Positions 26,872 to 36,447 of a DNA stretch of 64,000 nt are shown here, one piece after another; within the stretch, counting starts at the first letter, position 1, and each line of letters opens with the position of its first letter. A program made the translations under genes and the position numbers. The notes beneath the pieces are model-generated. The model was not told where the DNA came from, ran no database searches, and worked only from the letters and a program-made list of their open reading frames with translations. Where the stretch lies: contig JAWLHB010000007.1 of assembly GCA_041690595.1 (NCBI GenBank), positions 62,001 through 126,000 of the forward strand, read 5' to 3'. This DNA comes from Lentisphaeria bacterium (GTDB taxonomy: Bacteria; Verrucomicrobiota; Lentisphaeria; JABSQK01; JAWLHB01).

Positions 26872-28830
26872 GTGTTCAAGTATCGCGAGCATCATCGTAC
26901 CGTTCCTTACCGGCCACCTCGTCGCGAAGACGATGGCAGAGGCGGCAGCTTCTCGCTCTACTGGCGTTTCGTGCGCGCCTATCTCTGGCCCTTTCGGTGG
27001 CAGCTCCTCCTTTGCATGTTCATCGTCTGCATTAATGGTTCTTCTGTCTACCTCATGGCCTTCTACGGGCGCTACGTGGTGGACAATGTCCTGCTTGTGC
27101 CGGTCAGCGAACGACCTGAGATGGTAGCGACGGGGCGATTCGACCGTGCGCCCAGCCGCCAGGACGAACGTCTCAGCCAGGTTACGAACCGTCCACCCGC
27201 GGGCATGTCGCGCATCCTGGACCGGGAAGGAGGGCGCCAGCTTCAGCACGCGAGCAACGCCGGCGGCAAACTTGCATTGATCTTCTGTCTTCACCTGGGA
27301 ACGATCCTGCTGATCAACTCTCTGGCGCGTTTCGCCAATCAGACGCAGATCACCATTGGCCAGAATTCCACGGCCGCCATGCGCGACGATCTTCACAAGA
27401 AGGTGCTGGAGCTTTCGCTCGCCTATCACAAGTCACATACCTCCGGTCGACTGCTCGCACGTATCATGAGCGACGTGCAGGTGGTGCAGCAACAGATGAT
27501 GGTCACCATCATTACGCTTACGCAGAGTCTTGCCTCCGTGGTCGTGGGGGCGACCATTCTCATCATTTCCGAGTGGCGCATCGCCATCATTGCCTTTCTG
27601 GCCGCCCCCCTTTATGCCATGGTCTGGAAGAGCAGTCGCGAAGGCATTAGAAACACGGCCCGTGAGGCACGCCATACCAATTCCTGCATGTATGGCCTCA
27701 TCTCGCAGAAACTGGATGCGGTCAAGGCGATCCAGGCATACGGACGCAGCGGCAGGGAACGGCTCAATTTCCGCCGCCTCGGCTCTGTCTTTCTCCGTGA
27801 CGTGCTCTGTCAGCAGCGACAGACCGTGGGGGTCGCTCAGATCAGCGCCATCATTGCCTCAAGCGCCACCATGTCGATCTTCATCATCGGCACCATGATG
27901 GTGCTGCACCAGAGCATGACCTTGGGCAAGATGCTCTTCGTGTACGGTGCCGCCGCCAATCTCTTCGGCCCCGTTCTCATGATCACCCACGTCAGCGTCG
28001 TTTTCAATAATTTGCTGGTCATCCTGCATCGCCTGGTGGAGATCCTCGACGAGAAGGTGGAGATTGCCGATGCGCCGGACCGCATCCCCTTCCCGAAGCC
28101 GCTCAAGGATGGTATTCATCTGCGCCACGTCACCTTTGCCTATGGCGATGGAGACCCCATTCTGCAGGATGTGAGCATGGATGTTCCTGCCGGCAAGTGG
28201 GTTTGTGTCATGGGGCCAAGCGGCTGCGGCAAGACCACCCTGCTCTACATCGTCTCCCGCCTGTATGAGCAGACGAGCGGATCGGTGACGGTCGACGGCT
28301 TGCCTCTGGATCAGGTGGACATACGTTCCCTTCGCGAGCGCCTGGCGCTTGTCCCTCAGGAGGCGCAGATGTTTCGCGGCACCATTCGCGACAACATCAC
28401 CTATGGGTGGCCCGGTGCCGAGCCTAGCCAGATCATGGCTGCCACCAAGGCCGCCGAGATGCACGAGCTCATCATGAGCATGCCGGTCAAGTACGAATCC
28501 CTGGTCGGCGAAAAGGGGGCCGATCTTTCCGGCGGTCAGCGCCAGCGTCTCTCTCTCGCTCGCGCCCTGCTGACCAATCCGGACGTCCTCCTCCTGGACG
28601 ACTGCACCTCCGCTCTCGATGCCGAAACCGAGCACCGCATCCAGCAGACACTTTCACACATCATGCAGGGCAAGACCGCCCTCGTTGTTACCCAGCGCGT
28701 CTCCATGGCCATGCGCTGCGACTACATCTACGTCCTCGAGAACGGCCTGATCACGCAGGCCGGCACCCACGAGGAGCTTGTAGGGGTCCCCGGCTTCTAT
28801 GGTCGACTGCACGCCCAACAGACGGAATAG
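26872..28830 (+). CDS. ABC exporter TMD-NBD subunit 2 (degenerate Walker B and switch)
   Basis: Walker A GPSGCGKTT, signature LSGGQRQ, Walker B VLLLDD, switch TQR; GAGGAG before GTG. Confidence 0.93.
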   Translation: MFKYREHHRTVPYRPPRREDDGRGGSFSLYWRFVRAYLWPFRWQLLLCMFIVCINGSSVYLMAFYGRYVVDNVLLVPVSERPEMVATGRFDRAPSRQDERLSQVTNRPPAGMSRILDREGGRQLQHASNAGGKLALIFCLHLGTILLINSLARFANQTQITIGQNSTAAMRDDLHKKVLELSLAYHKSHTSGRLLARIMSDVQVVQQQMMVTIITLTQSLASVVVGATILIISEWRIAIIAFLAAPLYAMVWKSSREGIRNTAREARHTNSCMYGLISQKLDAVKAIQAYGRSGRERLNFRRLGSVFLRDVLCQQRQTVGVAQISAIIASSATMSIFIIGTMMVLHQSMTLGKMLFVYGAAANLFGPVLMITHVSVVFNNLLVILHRLVEILDEKVEIADAPDRIPFPKPLKDGIHLRHVTFAYGDGDPILQDVSMDVPAGKWVCVMGPSGCGKTTLLYIVSRLYEQTSGSVTVDGLPLDQVDIRSLRERLALVPQEAQMFRGTIRDNITYGWPGAEPSQIMAATKAAEMHELIMSMPVKYESLVGEKGADLSGGQRQRLSLARALLTNPDVLLLDDCTSALDAETEHRIQQTLSHIMQGKTALVVTQRVSMAMRCDYIYVLENGLITQAGTHEELVGVPGFYGRLHAQQTE

Positions 28831-28834
28831 CCGC

Positions 28835-29025
28835 TCCTGGGCACGCCACTCGCCTGAGTGGCTCCGGGTTCAACGTCGCCTCTGCCCCCACCGTGCCGCA
28901 ATCTTGCTCGCCCATCCTGGGCACGCCACTCGCCTGAGTGGCTCCGGCGTTGGCCGTTGCCCCTCCCCAACGCTCAACCCCGTCCCCGCGCTCCCCGGGC
29001 ACGCCACGCGCCTGAGTGGCCCCGA
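28835..29025. repeat. Three copies of a 33-bp palindromic REP-like repeat
   Basis: TCCTGGGCACGCCACTCGCCTGAGTGGCTCCGG at 28835 and 28915 (identical) and 28993 (5 mismatches); spacers 47 and 45 bp; internal hairpin GCCACTC/GAGTGGC. Confidence 0.85.
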
Positions 29026-29149
29026 CGTTGTCCCCAGAGTGAGGCAAGAAGGTGGCCGATCTTTCCTATAGGAGCGCCAGCGCCTGCCGCGCACAGCCTT
29101 CGCCATCGGCAATTTCTGAGCCTGAAAGAACGAATCTGGAAAAGACGAC

Positions 29150-29178
29150 TTGCGCGTTGTAGGACCAGCACCTACACT
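29150..29178 (+). promoter_or_regulatory. Putative sigma70 promoter of the DUF4838-like gene
   Basis: TTGCGC-N17-TACACT. Confidence 0.45.
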
Positions 29179-29396
29179 ATGGCTGCGCATTTTGCTGACG
29201 TGATCACGCTCCCGAAAACGGACGTCCACGAAAGCGAGCGGGGATGCGCCTCCGATAAAAGGTCAAACGAACCTAACCGCCTGAAAAGCAAGACGACTAC
29301 GGACATTCGCTGGTATCAGCGTCTGGTCATGAGGGACGTCCCTGTGGCTCTATCCACAGGGCACAAAGGATGATTTCAAACCATTGGGGGACACGT

Positions 29397-32285
29397 ATGT
29401 CCATCCGCATTGCTCTGCTCATATCGCTAGTCTTCACAAGCATCAGTTACGCCGCCATCACCGTCGACGAAATCCAGAAAGTGTATGTAGGACAGAATCC
29501 GCCCGAACTGATCAAGCGTGCTGTAGGTGTGCTCAACGATGGGATGGATGCCCTGTACGGCAAGCGCTTCAACGCAGCCTACAACAAGCCCAGCGAACCA
29601 TGCTTCGCCATCGGCCCGAAGGCCGCGCTCGACATGGGCTGGATTACGCAGAAGGAACTCGACAGCGTCGGCTACGGCGGTTTCGTGGTACGGACGACAC
29701 CGAGCGGTGTCGCCATAGCAGGCAAAACCTACTTCGCCACCATCGTCGGCTGCGAGGAATACGTTCGCCAGCTCGGCCATGAGAAGATCGGCGGCATGCC
29801 AGTGGGCACACGAGAGGTGCCGGTCACCAGAACGCCCGCCGGTCGTGCGCTGCCCGACTTCAGCACCGCTTACCGGCCATCGATGCCGATGCGGAACTAC
29901 TACAACCGTCTCGATCAGGCGCGTCCGGATGAAGCGCTGGCCATCGTTAACCCCGAGATTAAGTCGGATCTGTGGATCGACCACTCGGCGGGGTACCTGA
30001 TCCCCAAGGATCTGTACTACGACCAGCATCCGGAGTATTTCGCGCTGGTCAACGGCAAGCGAATTGCCAAGAGTGCTTTCAACTACAAGAAGACGCCGCT
30101 CTGTCTCTCGAATGCGGACGTGCTTCGCATTTCGGCGGAACGCGCACTGCGCTGGGTGGAAGCTCAGCCGGAGCGCAACGTGTTCCCGATCACCTACGGC
30201 GATACGCGGGTCTGGTGTGAATGCAGCAACTGCCGGGCGCTCGATCACCAGCCGGGTCACCATGCCGGGCGACTGCTCCACTGGGTCAACTTCGTGGCTG
30301 ATGCCGTGGGCGCGCGCTTCCCGGAGGTCACCATCGTCACCTTTGCCTACAGTGGTTCGGATATGGCCCCGAACAACATCGCACCGCGCCCGAACGTGAC
30401 CATGATGCTTTCCAGCGGGCTGGACATGTCCTTCTATGCTCACCGCGAGAAGATCAGCGCGCTGCTGCCAGGCGGAATTGCCAAGATCAAGAGCTGGAAC
30501 GACCTCGTCCCAGGCCGAGTCTGGGTCTGCGAGTATTCCGAGAAGCTGTATCACCCGGCCCTGCCCCTGCAGGTCGAAGATCGCCTGAACTGGTATCGTC
30601 GGCACGGGGTGAGCGGCATCATGTACAGCTATGGCTATCCGGACAACTTCCGGGCGCTCTGGAGTCACATCTACGGTCGGTTGATGATGGATTCAAGCCT
30701 TAGCGCGGAAACCTTGACCCGCGATTTCGTCACGCGCTACTATGGTGATGGCGGGCCTGCCATGGCTCGCTTCTTCGACATCTCCTTTGCGCGCTATCGG
30801 CAAACGTTCGCGACGGTGACCAAGGATACCTTCATCAACGGACATCCCGCCGACTTCTACAGTACCGACTACATCAACGATGCACTGGACTGCTTCCAGG
30901 AAGCCATCGACATGACCCCTTGGGACATCAACAAGGATCTTCGCCCCGAGATGCTCTACTTTGCCATGGACGCCCTGCGTCGTCCCGGCCCCGGAGCCAT
31001 GGATTCCCAGCGCGTACAGGTCATGCAGCGGCTCATGGCGGTCGTCCGTGAACTCAGCCCCAATTCGACCGCGGCCGAAATCGCCGCTCTCGAAAAGAAG
31101 CTGCAGGATGCCGGCGCAATCGCCGAAACCGAACGTCCCGGTTCTCTGGAGGTCGTGACCTCATGGCTGGATGGCAAGCCTGCGCCAAAGAGTTCGCGTA
31201 ATCTCGTCTATTCGCTGGATGCGCGAGGTGCGAGCCATGGCGGGGCCGGCTCCGTCATGAACGGCCGCGGCTATCTGGTGGTCGACATCGATACGCGCCA
31301 GGTTGCCATGCTGGTCAAGTGGGCCGATGGCACGGGGCTGGTCGACAGGTGGGGCGACAGCAGCATGTGGTACACGGCAACCGTCGGTTCCTCGAACTAC
31401 TGGTTCCTCACCTCCGGACCGGCCGGCACCGCCGACGTTCAGCAGCGCTATGTGCACTATCGCTATGCGCAGTTCTACGGCGCCGAAGCCGCGGAACCGC
31501 TGGAAATTGGTGAAGGCGCTGTTGCCCTCAGCCCGATGCTGACGGGGCTCTGGCGCGGCGGCCATGCCGCTCTCGACAGCTCCTTTCAGGTGGCCACGCT
31601 TGCGGCCCGTGTCGATCTGGAAAGCACCCGCGATGGCAACGAACGTGGCGTCGCCCATGAAACCCTGATTGATGAGTTGCGCACCAGCCTGGGAGTGCCC
31701 GCCGCGATTGCCGACGAGGCAAATGAGGATCTGACGGCGAGTGCCGCACCAAAGGCGGAGGGGATTGTCTGCTACCAGCTTAGTTTGAGCGGACTTGAAG
31801 CAGGCAACCGAGCGCTCAGCAACACCGCCTTTGCCGGCTACCTGGTGCTCGATATGGCGACGGGCCAGTCCCGCGCGGTTATCGGCGGTCGTGACAGTGA
31901 GGGTGTCTGGTATACCGTCGAGGACTGGAGCGGAGGTAGTCGCCTCTTCTACGAGACGCAGGTCGGGCGGCAACCGTATCTGCTGCTGGGCAACGGCAGT
32001 CATGTCGCGCAGCCGGCCCGCCTCAACTTCCGCGTCCTTTACGGCGCCACGCGTTCGGCCAACATCGGCGGCAACGACGATCAGCCGGTCGCCAGGACGC
32101 TGAGCGGCGAATATTGGACGCACACGGGGGTTGGCGCCACAACCGGCATCTACGCCCAAGGCACCATACGCGGCCAGTTGATGAGTGAGTTCTCGCTCAG
32201 CCTCAATCGCCGCGGATTGGAACTTGAAGACGCCATCGTGGAGTTGGAACAGATGCTGGGCGCTACCCACGCCAGGCGCGACTGA
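29397..32285 (+). CDS. Secreted DUF4838-like protein with a duplicated C-terminal domain
   Basis: Signal peptide; HS..YLIP...YYDQHPEYFALVNGKR, LCLSN, WCECSNCR, FVADAV..RFP, TFAY; two ~165-aa C-terminal repeats. Confidence 0.78.
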   Translation: MSIRIALLISLVFTSISYAAITVDEIQKVYVGQNPPELIKRAVGVLNDGMDALYGKRFNAAYNKPSEPCFAIGPKAALDMGWITQKELDSVGYGGFVVRTTPSGVAIAGKTYFATIVGCEEYVRQLGHEKIGGMPVGTREVPVTRTPAGRALPDFSTAYRPSMPMRNYYNRLDQARPDEALAIVNPEIKSDLWIDHSAGYLIPKDLYYDQHPEYFALVNGKRIAKSAFNYKKTPLCLSNADVLRISAERALRWVEAQPERNVFPITYGDTRVWCECSNCRALDHQPGHHAGRLLHWVNFVADAVGARFPEVTIVTFAYSGSDMAPNNIAPRPNVTMMLSSGLDMSFYAHREKISALLPGGIAKIKSWNDLVPGRVWVCEYSEKLYHPALPLQVEDRLNWYRRHGVSGIMYSYGYPDNFRALWSHIYGRLMMDSSLSAETLTRDFVTRYYGDGGPAMARFFDISFARYRQTFATVTKDTFINGHPADFYSTDYINDALDCFQEAIDMTPWDINKDLRPEMLYFAMDALRRPGPGAMDSQRVQVMQRLMAVVRELSPNSTAAEIAALEKKLQDAGAIAETERPGSLEVVTSWLDGKPAPKSSRNLVYSLDARGASHGGAGSVMNGRGYLVVDIDTRQVAMLVKWADGTGLVDRWGDSSMWYTATVGSSNYWFLTSGPAGTADVQQRYVHYRYAQFYGAEAAEPLEIGEGAVALSPMLTGLWRGGHAALDSSFQVATLAARVDLESTRDGNERGVAHETLIDELRTSLGVPAAIADEANEDLTASAAPKAEGIVCYQLSLSGLEAGNRALSNTAFAGYLVLDMATGQSRAVIGGRDSEGVWYTVEDWSGGSRLFYETQVGRQPYLLLGNGSHVAQPARLNFRVLYGATRSANIGGNDDQPVARTLSGEYWTHTGVGATTGIYAQGTIRGQLMSEFSLSLNRRGLELEDAIVELEQMLGATHARRD

Positions 32286-32372
32286 TCGCCGATTCGGAGT
32301 GATCCTGCAAGCCGGGACGGGCAACATCCGCTCGTCCCGGCTTGTTGCTTTTCTCCATCCGCCACCTGGCAG

Positions 32373-33200
32373 TCAGTGCTGGCAGCCGGGGCAATAGTAG
32401 GTGGAGCGGCCGCTGAGGACGAGACGCATGATGGGCGTCCGCGCACAGCGAAGGCAGCTTTCACCTTCACGTCCATAGACTTCCAGCTTGCGGCTGAAGA
32501 GCCCCTCGCTGCCGTCGACGGTCTTGAAGTCGATGATGGTGGTGCCGCCGGCGGCAATCGCGTCGGCCAGAACGGCGCGGATATGCTGCACCAGCCGCTC
32601 GCAGCGCTCCAGTGAAAGGCGTCGTGCTGGAGTCGTGGGGCGGAGGGCAGCGCGAAAGAGCGCTTCGCTCGCGTAGATGTTGCCCACGCCAACCACAATC
32701 GCATTGTTCATGATCAGCGTCTTGATCGGCATGTTGCGCCCCCGCGTGGCGGCATGCAGGTGCGCGGCGGTGAAATCCGGACCAAGCGGCTCGGGCCCCA
32801 GATCGCGAAGGAGATCCGGATCGGCCCCCGGAAGAGCCAGCCGCTGAATCTCGACGCTGCCGAACTTGCGCGGATCGCGAAAGCGCCACTCTCGCTCGTC
32901 GTCCAGGCTCCAGATAATGTGTTCATGCTTCTGGCGGGCTTCCGTGGCGGGAACGATCCGGCAGGCGCCGGTCATGCCCAGATGGATGACCAGCACATGG
33001 CAGTTAGCGAACTCCACGAGGCACCAGCGCCCACGGCGACGTACGGCGACGATCGGCTGTTGGAGAATCTCTGGGCGACCCTCGAGGTCGAGCGGATACC
33101 GCAGCTTCTCCGTATAGGTGCGCGTCTGGACGATGCGCCGCTTGAGCAGGTGGGGGCGCAGGGCATTGCAGACAGTTTCGACTTCCGGCAGTTCAGGCAT
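32373..33200 (-). CDS. mutM: Formamidopyrimidine-DNA glycosylase
   Basis: MPELPEVE start, HLGMTG, DPRKFG, LGPEPL, GVGNIYASE, C-terminal zinc finger CLRC..YCPGCQ. Confidence 0.97.
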   Translation of the reverse strand: MPELPEVETVCNALRPHLLKRRIVQTRTYTEKLRYPLDLEGRPEILQQPIVAVRRRGRWCLVEFANCHVLVIHLGMTGACRIVPATEARQKHEHIIWSLDDEREWRFRDPRKFGSVEIQRLALPGADPDLLRDLGPEPLGPDFTAAHLHAATRGRNMPIKTLIMNNAIVVGVGNIYASEALFRAALRPTTPARRLSLERCERLVQHIRAVLADAIAAGGTTIIDFKTVDGSEGLFSRKLEVYGREGESCLRCARTPIMRLVLSGRSTYYCPGCQH

Positions 33201-33260
33201 GCGGAGCGGCACCGTGACTAGAGTGAAAGAGGCATTTACAGTACTCCGCCATGCGGCAAT

Positions 33261-34205
33261 TCACAGGTCGCGCGCACAGCGAAAGCCGCAGTTACCGGTG
33301 GAACTGTCGGGGGTGTTGCTGGTGCGGGCGGCAACGCGGTAGCGGTTGCAGTAGGAATTGTGGCAGAGATAAGATCCCCCCTTCATCACTTTCCGCTCGC
33401 CGAATGCAGGCCCTTTGGGATCGCGGCGAGGGCCGTTGAGATGATAACTGGGGCTGAACCAGTCGTTGCACCATTCCCAGACATTGCCGGCCACGCAGTA
33501 GAGGCCATAGCCGTTCGGCTGGTAAGACTTGACCGGGCACGTGCCGGCCCAACCATCCGCCGCCGAATCCTTGTAGGGAAAGTCGCCCTGCCAGATGTTG
33601 CACATGTGTTTGCCACCCGGCTCCAGCTGATCGCCCCACGCGTAGATCTTCTGAACGAGCCCGCCCCGCGCGGCATACTCCCACTCGGCTTCCCGGGGCA
33701 ACCGCTTGCCCGCCCACCGGCAGTACGCGATCGCATCGTTCCACGATACATGAATAACCGGATGATCCATGCGGCGACGAATCTGTGTGCCGGGCCCCTC
33801 CGGGTGGCGCCAGTCGGCACCGTCGATCTTGTGCCACCACTCCAGCCCGATCACCCGCTCGGTCGACGCTTTGCGCGACTTCGACTTCGCCACCTGGGTG
33901 CGGAAGACGTACGACCAGCCGAAACGCTCGGCCTCCGTCTTGTATCCGGTAGCCTCGACGAACTCCGTGAACTGTTTGTTCGAAACCTGCGTGGCGTCGA
34001 TGTAGAAGGTGGCAACCGTTACTTCCCGAACCGGACCCTCCCCATCCGTCGCCCATGCCTCGCTGCTCTCCGTCCCCGCAAGGTAGGCGCCGCCGGGAAG
34101 TTGGATCATGCCCTCCGTACTTCCCCCGTCGGCATGGTGGATTTCGGCTTCGGCCAGAAGGGGCGGCATGGTCGTGGAAGGGGTGCAGCAGGCTTTCGGT
34201 TTCAT
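33261..34205 (-). CDS. Formylglycine-generating enzyme (sulfatase-modifying factor)
   Basis: HPVIHVSWNDA, RLP.EAEWEYAARGG, AGNVWEW, catalytic KGGSYLCHNSYCNRYR; start ATG 34205. Confidence 0.93.
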   Translation of the reverse strand: MKPKACCTPSTTMPPLLAEAEIHHADGGSTEGMIQLPGGAYLAGTESSEAWATDGEGPVREVTVATFYIDATQVSNKQFTEFVEATGYKTEAERFGWSYVFRTQVAKSKSRKASTERVIGLEWWHKIDGADWRHPEGPGTQIRRRMDHPVIHVSWNDAIAYCRWAGKRLPREAEWEYAARGGLVQKIYAWGDQLEPGGKHMCNIWQGDFPYKDSAADGWAGTCPVKSYQPNGYGLYCVAGNVWEWCNDWFSPSYHLNGPRRDPKGPAFGERKVMKGGSYLCHNSYCNRYRVAARTSNTPDSSTGNCGFRCARDL

Positions 34206-34382
34206 GGCATCCTCATTGTCTGGGCGGCTGTTCTGCAGGCGCTGAAAAAGATTGTTGAATTTCTTGTAGGGAAATATACCATGCCTATTGATCTTATGCA
34301 GGATTGATCGTAGAGTATTTCCAGAAATTGAATCATTCGCCTTGACCCCCAACCCCTTCAGCTACATCAAGGAGTCCTCACC

Positions 34383-34994
<612 letters not shown>

Positions 34995-35007
34995 GACAAT
35001 CACCCTC

Positions 35008-35092
35008 ACCCTTATCGAATTATCCCTTCACCCTGATCGAATTCCCCCTTACCCTGATCGAGTTCGATTTTACCCTTGTCGATATCTCAATC
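35008..35092. repeat. Tandem ~21-bp repeat (4 units)
   Basis: Units start with ACCCT at 35008, 35030, 35051 and 35072; shared core ACCCT(T/G)(A/G)TCGA. Confidence 0.75.
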
Positions 35093-35126
35093 CCCCGCTT
35101 GCCCGCCTGGCAGGCGGGGGATTTTT
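35089..35126 (+). terminator. Intrinsic terminator after sodA
   Basis: AATCCCCCGCTTGCC-cgcct-GGCAGGCGGGGGATT stem (one G-U pair) followed by a T run. Confidence 0.75.
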
Positions 35127-35207
35127 CATTTTCGGGCTGACTGGCAAATCCTGTCGGGGTTGATATGGTTAACCTCTGCCTACGTATCTCCACCAGGTGC
35201 CAGAATC

Positions 35208-36428
35208 ATGCCCAAAACGACTGAATTTTTTGATCGTCTGCTCGAGCGCTTCGACCAGTTGGATCCAGGCAGCGTACAAGGCTACCTCTTGCGCCTCGTA
35301 CGGGAACGCGGCTTGCTCGAGACGATCTTCCAGACGATACGTGAAGGCGTCCTCATCATCGATCGCGACCTCAATATCCATTACGTGAACAACGCGGCGA
35401 TGTATCTTCTTGGTTTGCCGCCGGATATCCGCGAGCGCGCCGAACCGCGGATCAACCGCTATCTTCGAGATCTGGATTGGGATCAGATCATGTCGCAGGA
35501 TCCCGCTGTCTGGGAGCGCGCCTCGCGGCAGGAGATCGAGGTCATGTACCCGGAGCACCGGTACCTGCAGTTCTATCTGCTCCCGTACAACACCGAGACC
35601 GCTCTCGACGGACGCCTCGACCTCGTGGCTATTGTCCTGCGGGATATCACCGAGCTGCGAGAGAAAACCGAATCCGTGATCGAAAGCGAAAAGCTGAACG
35701 CGATCGTCATGCTGGCTGCCGGCGTCGCTCATGAAATCGGCAACCCCCTCAACAGCCTGATGATCCACCTCCAACTGCTTCAGCGCAGCTTCAGGAAACC
35801 CGATTTCGAGGCGCAGCGCCAGGAAGCGCTGGACATGCTACAGGTCTCGATTGACGAGGTGAACCGTCTGGACGCGATCATCAACCAGTTCTTGCGGGCG
35901 ATTCGGCCAACCTCCCTCGATCTGCAGCCGCTCATCCTCAGCGAACTGATCGGCGAAACCCTCAACCTCCTGAAGCTTCAGATCGAGAATCGCGGGGTTC
36001 ATGTCGACTGCGAGTGGCAGGAGTCCGTGCCGCCAATCATGGGCGATGCGAGCCAGTTGAAGCAGGCTTTCTACAATATCGTGAACAATGCCATCCAGGC
36101 CATGCCCGATGGTGGCGTCCTGCGCATCTCCATCACCCCCCGCGACGATGTCGTTCAACTCCGCTTCATTGACACGGGAAAAGGCATTGCACCTGAAGAG
36201 ATGAGCAATATTTTCAATCCGTATTACACGACCAAGCCGCAGGGCACCGGCCTCGGCCTCGTCATCGTCGAGCGCATTATCCGAGACCATGGCGGCTCGC
36301 TCTCCGTTGACAGCGAGATCGGCCAAGGCACAGAATTCTGCCTGCACTTCCCCTTGCGCGTGAAGCGGGCCAAGTTATTGGATGCCGGCCAGCCGCGTGA
36401 GAGCGACACCGGCGGCCAGAGATCGTAA
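35208..36428 (+). CDS. Cytoplasmic PAS sensor histidine kinase (NtrB-like)
   Basis: PAS (IREGVLIID..YVNNAA), H-box AHEIGNPL, N-box NIVNNAIQAM, DTGKGI, GTGLGL. Confidence 0.94.
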   Translation: MPKTTEFFDRLLERFDQLDPGSVQGYLLRLVRERGLLETIFQTIREGVLIIDRDLNIHYVNNAAMYLLGLPPDIRERAEPRINRYLRDLDWDQIMSQDPAVWERASRQEIEVMYPEHRYLQFYLLPYNTETALDGRLDLVAIVLRDITELREKTESVIESEKLNAIVMLAAGVAHEIGNPLNSLMIHLQLLQRSFRKPDFEAQRQEALDMLQVSIDEVNRLDAIINQFLRAIRPTSLDLQPLILSELIGETLNLLKLQIENRGVHVDCEWQESVPPIMGDASQLKQAFYNIVNNAIQAMPDGGVLRISITPRDDVVQLRFIDTGKGIAPEEMSNIFNPYYTTKPQGTGLGLVIVERIIRDHGGSLSVDSEIGQGTEFCLHFPLRVKRAKLLDAGQPRESDTGGQRS

Positions 36429-36447
36429 GACAGTCAGAAGGAAACGA

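Noticed and set aside
28835..29025. CRISPR array call
   Set aside because: Only three repeats, biased C-rich spacers, no leader and no cas genes; kept as a REP-like repeat
29250..29340. c-di-GMP (GEMM)-like riboswitch
   Set aside because: GGTCAAAC..GAAA..GACG is only loosely similar; the required stems and tetraloop receptor cannot be built
29397..32285. DUF4838-like protein as cargo of the upstream TolC/MFP/ABC system
   Set aside because: It has a Sec-type signal peptide, its own promoter candidate and no RTX repeats
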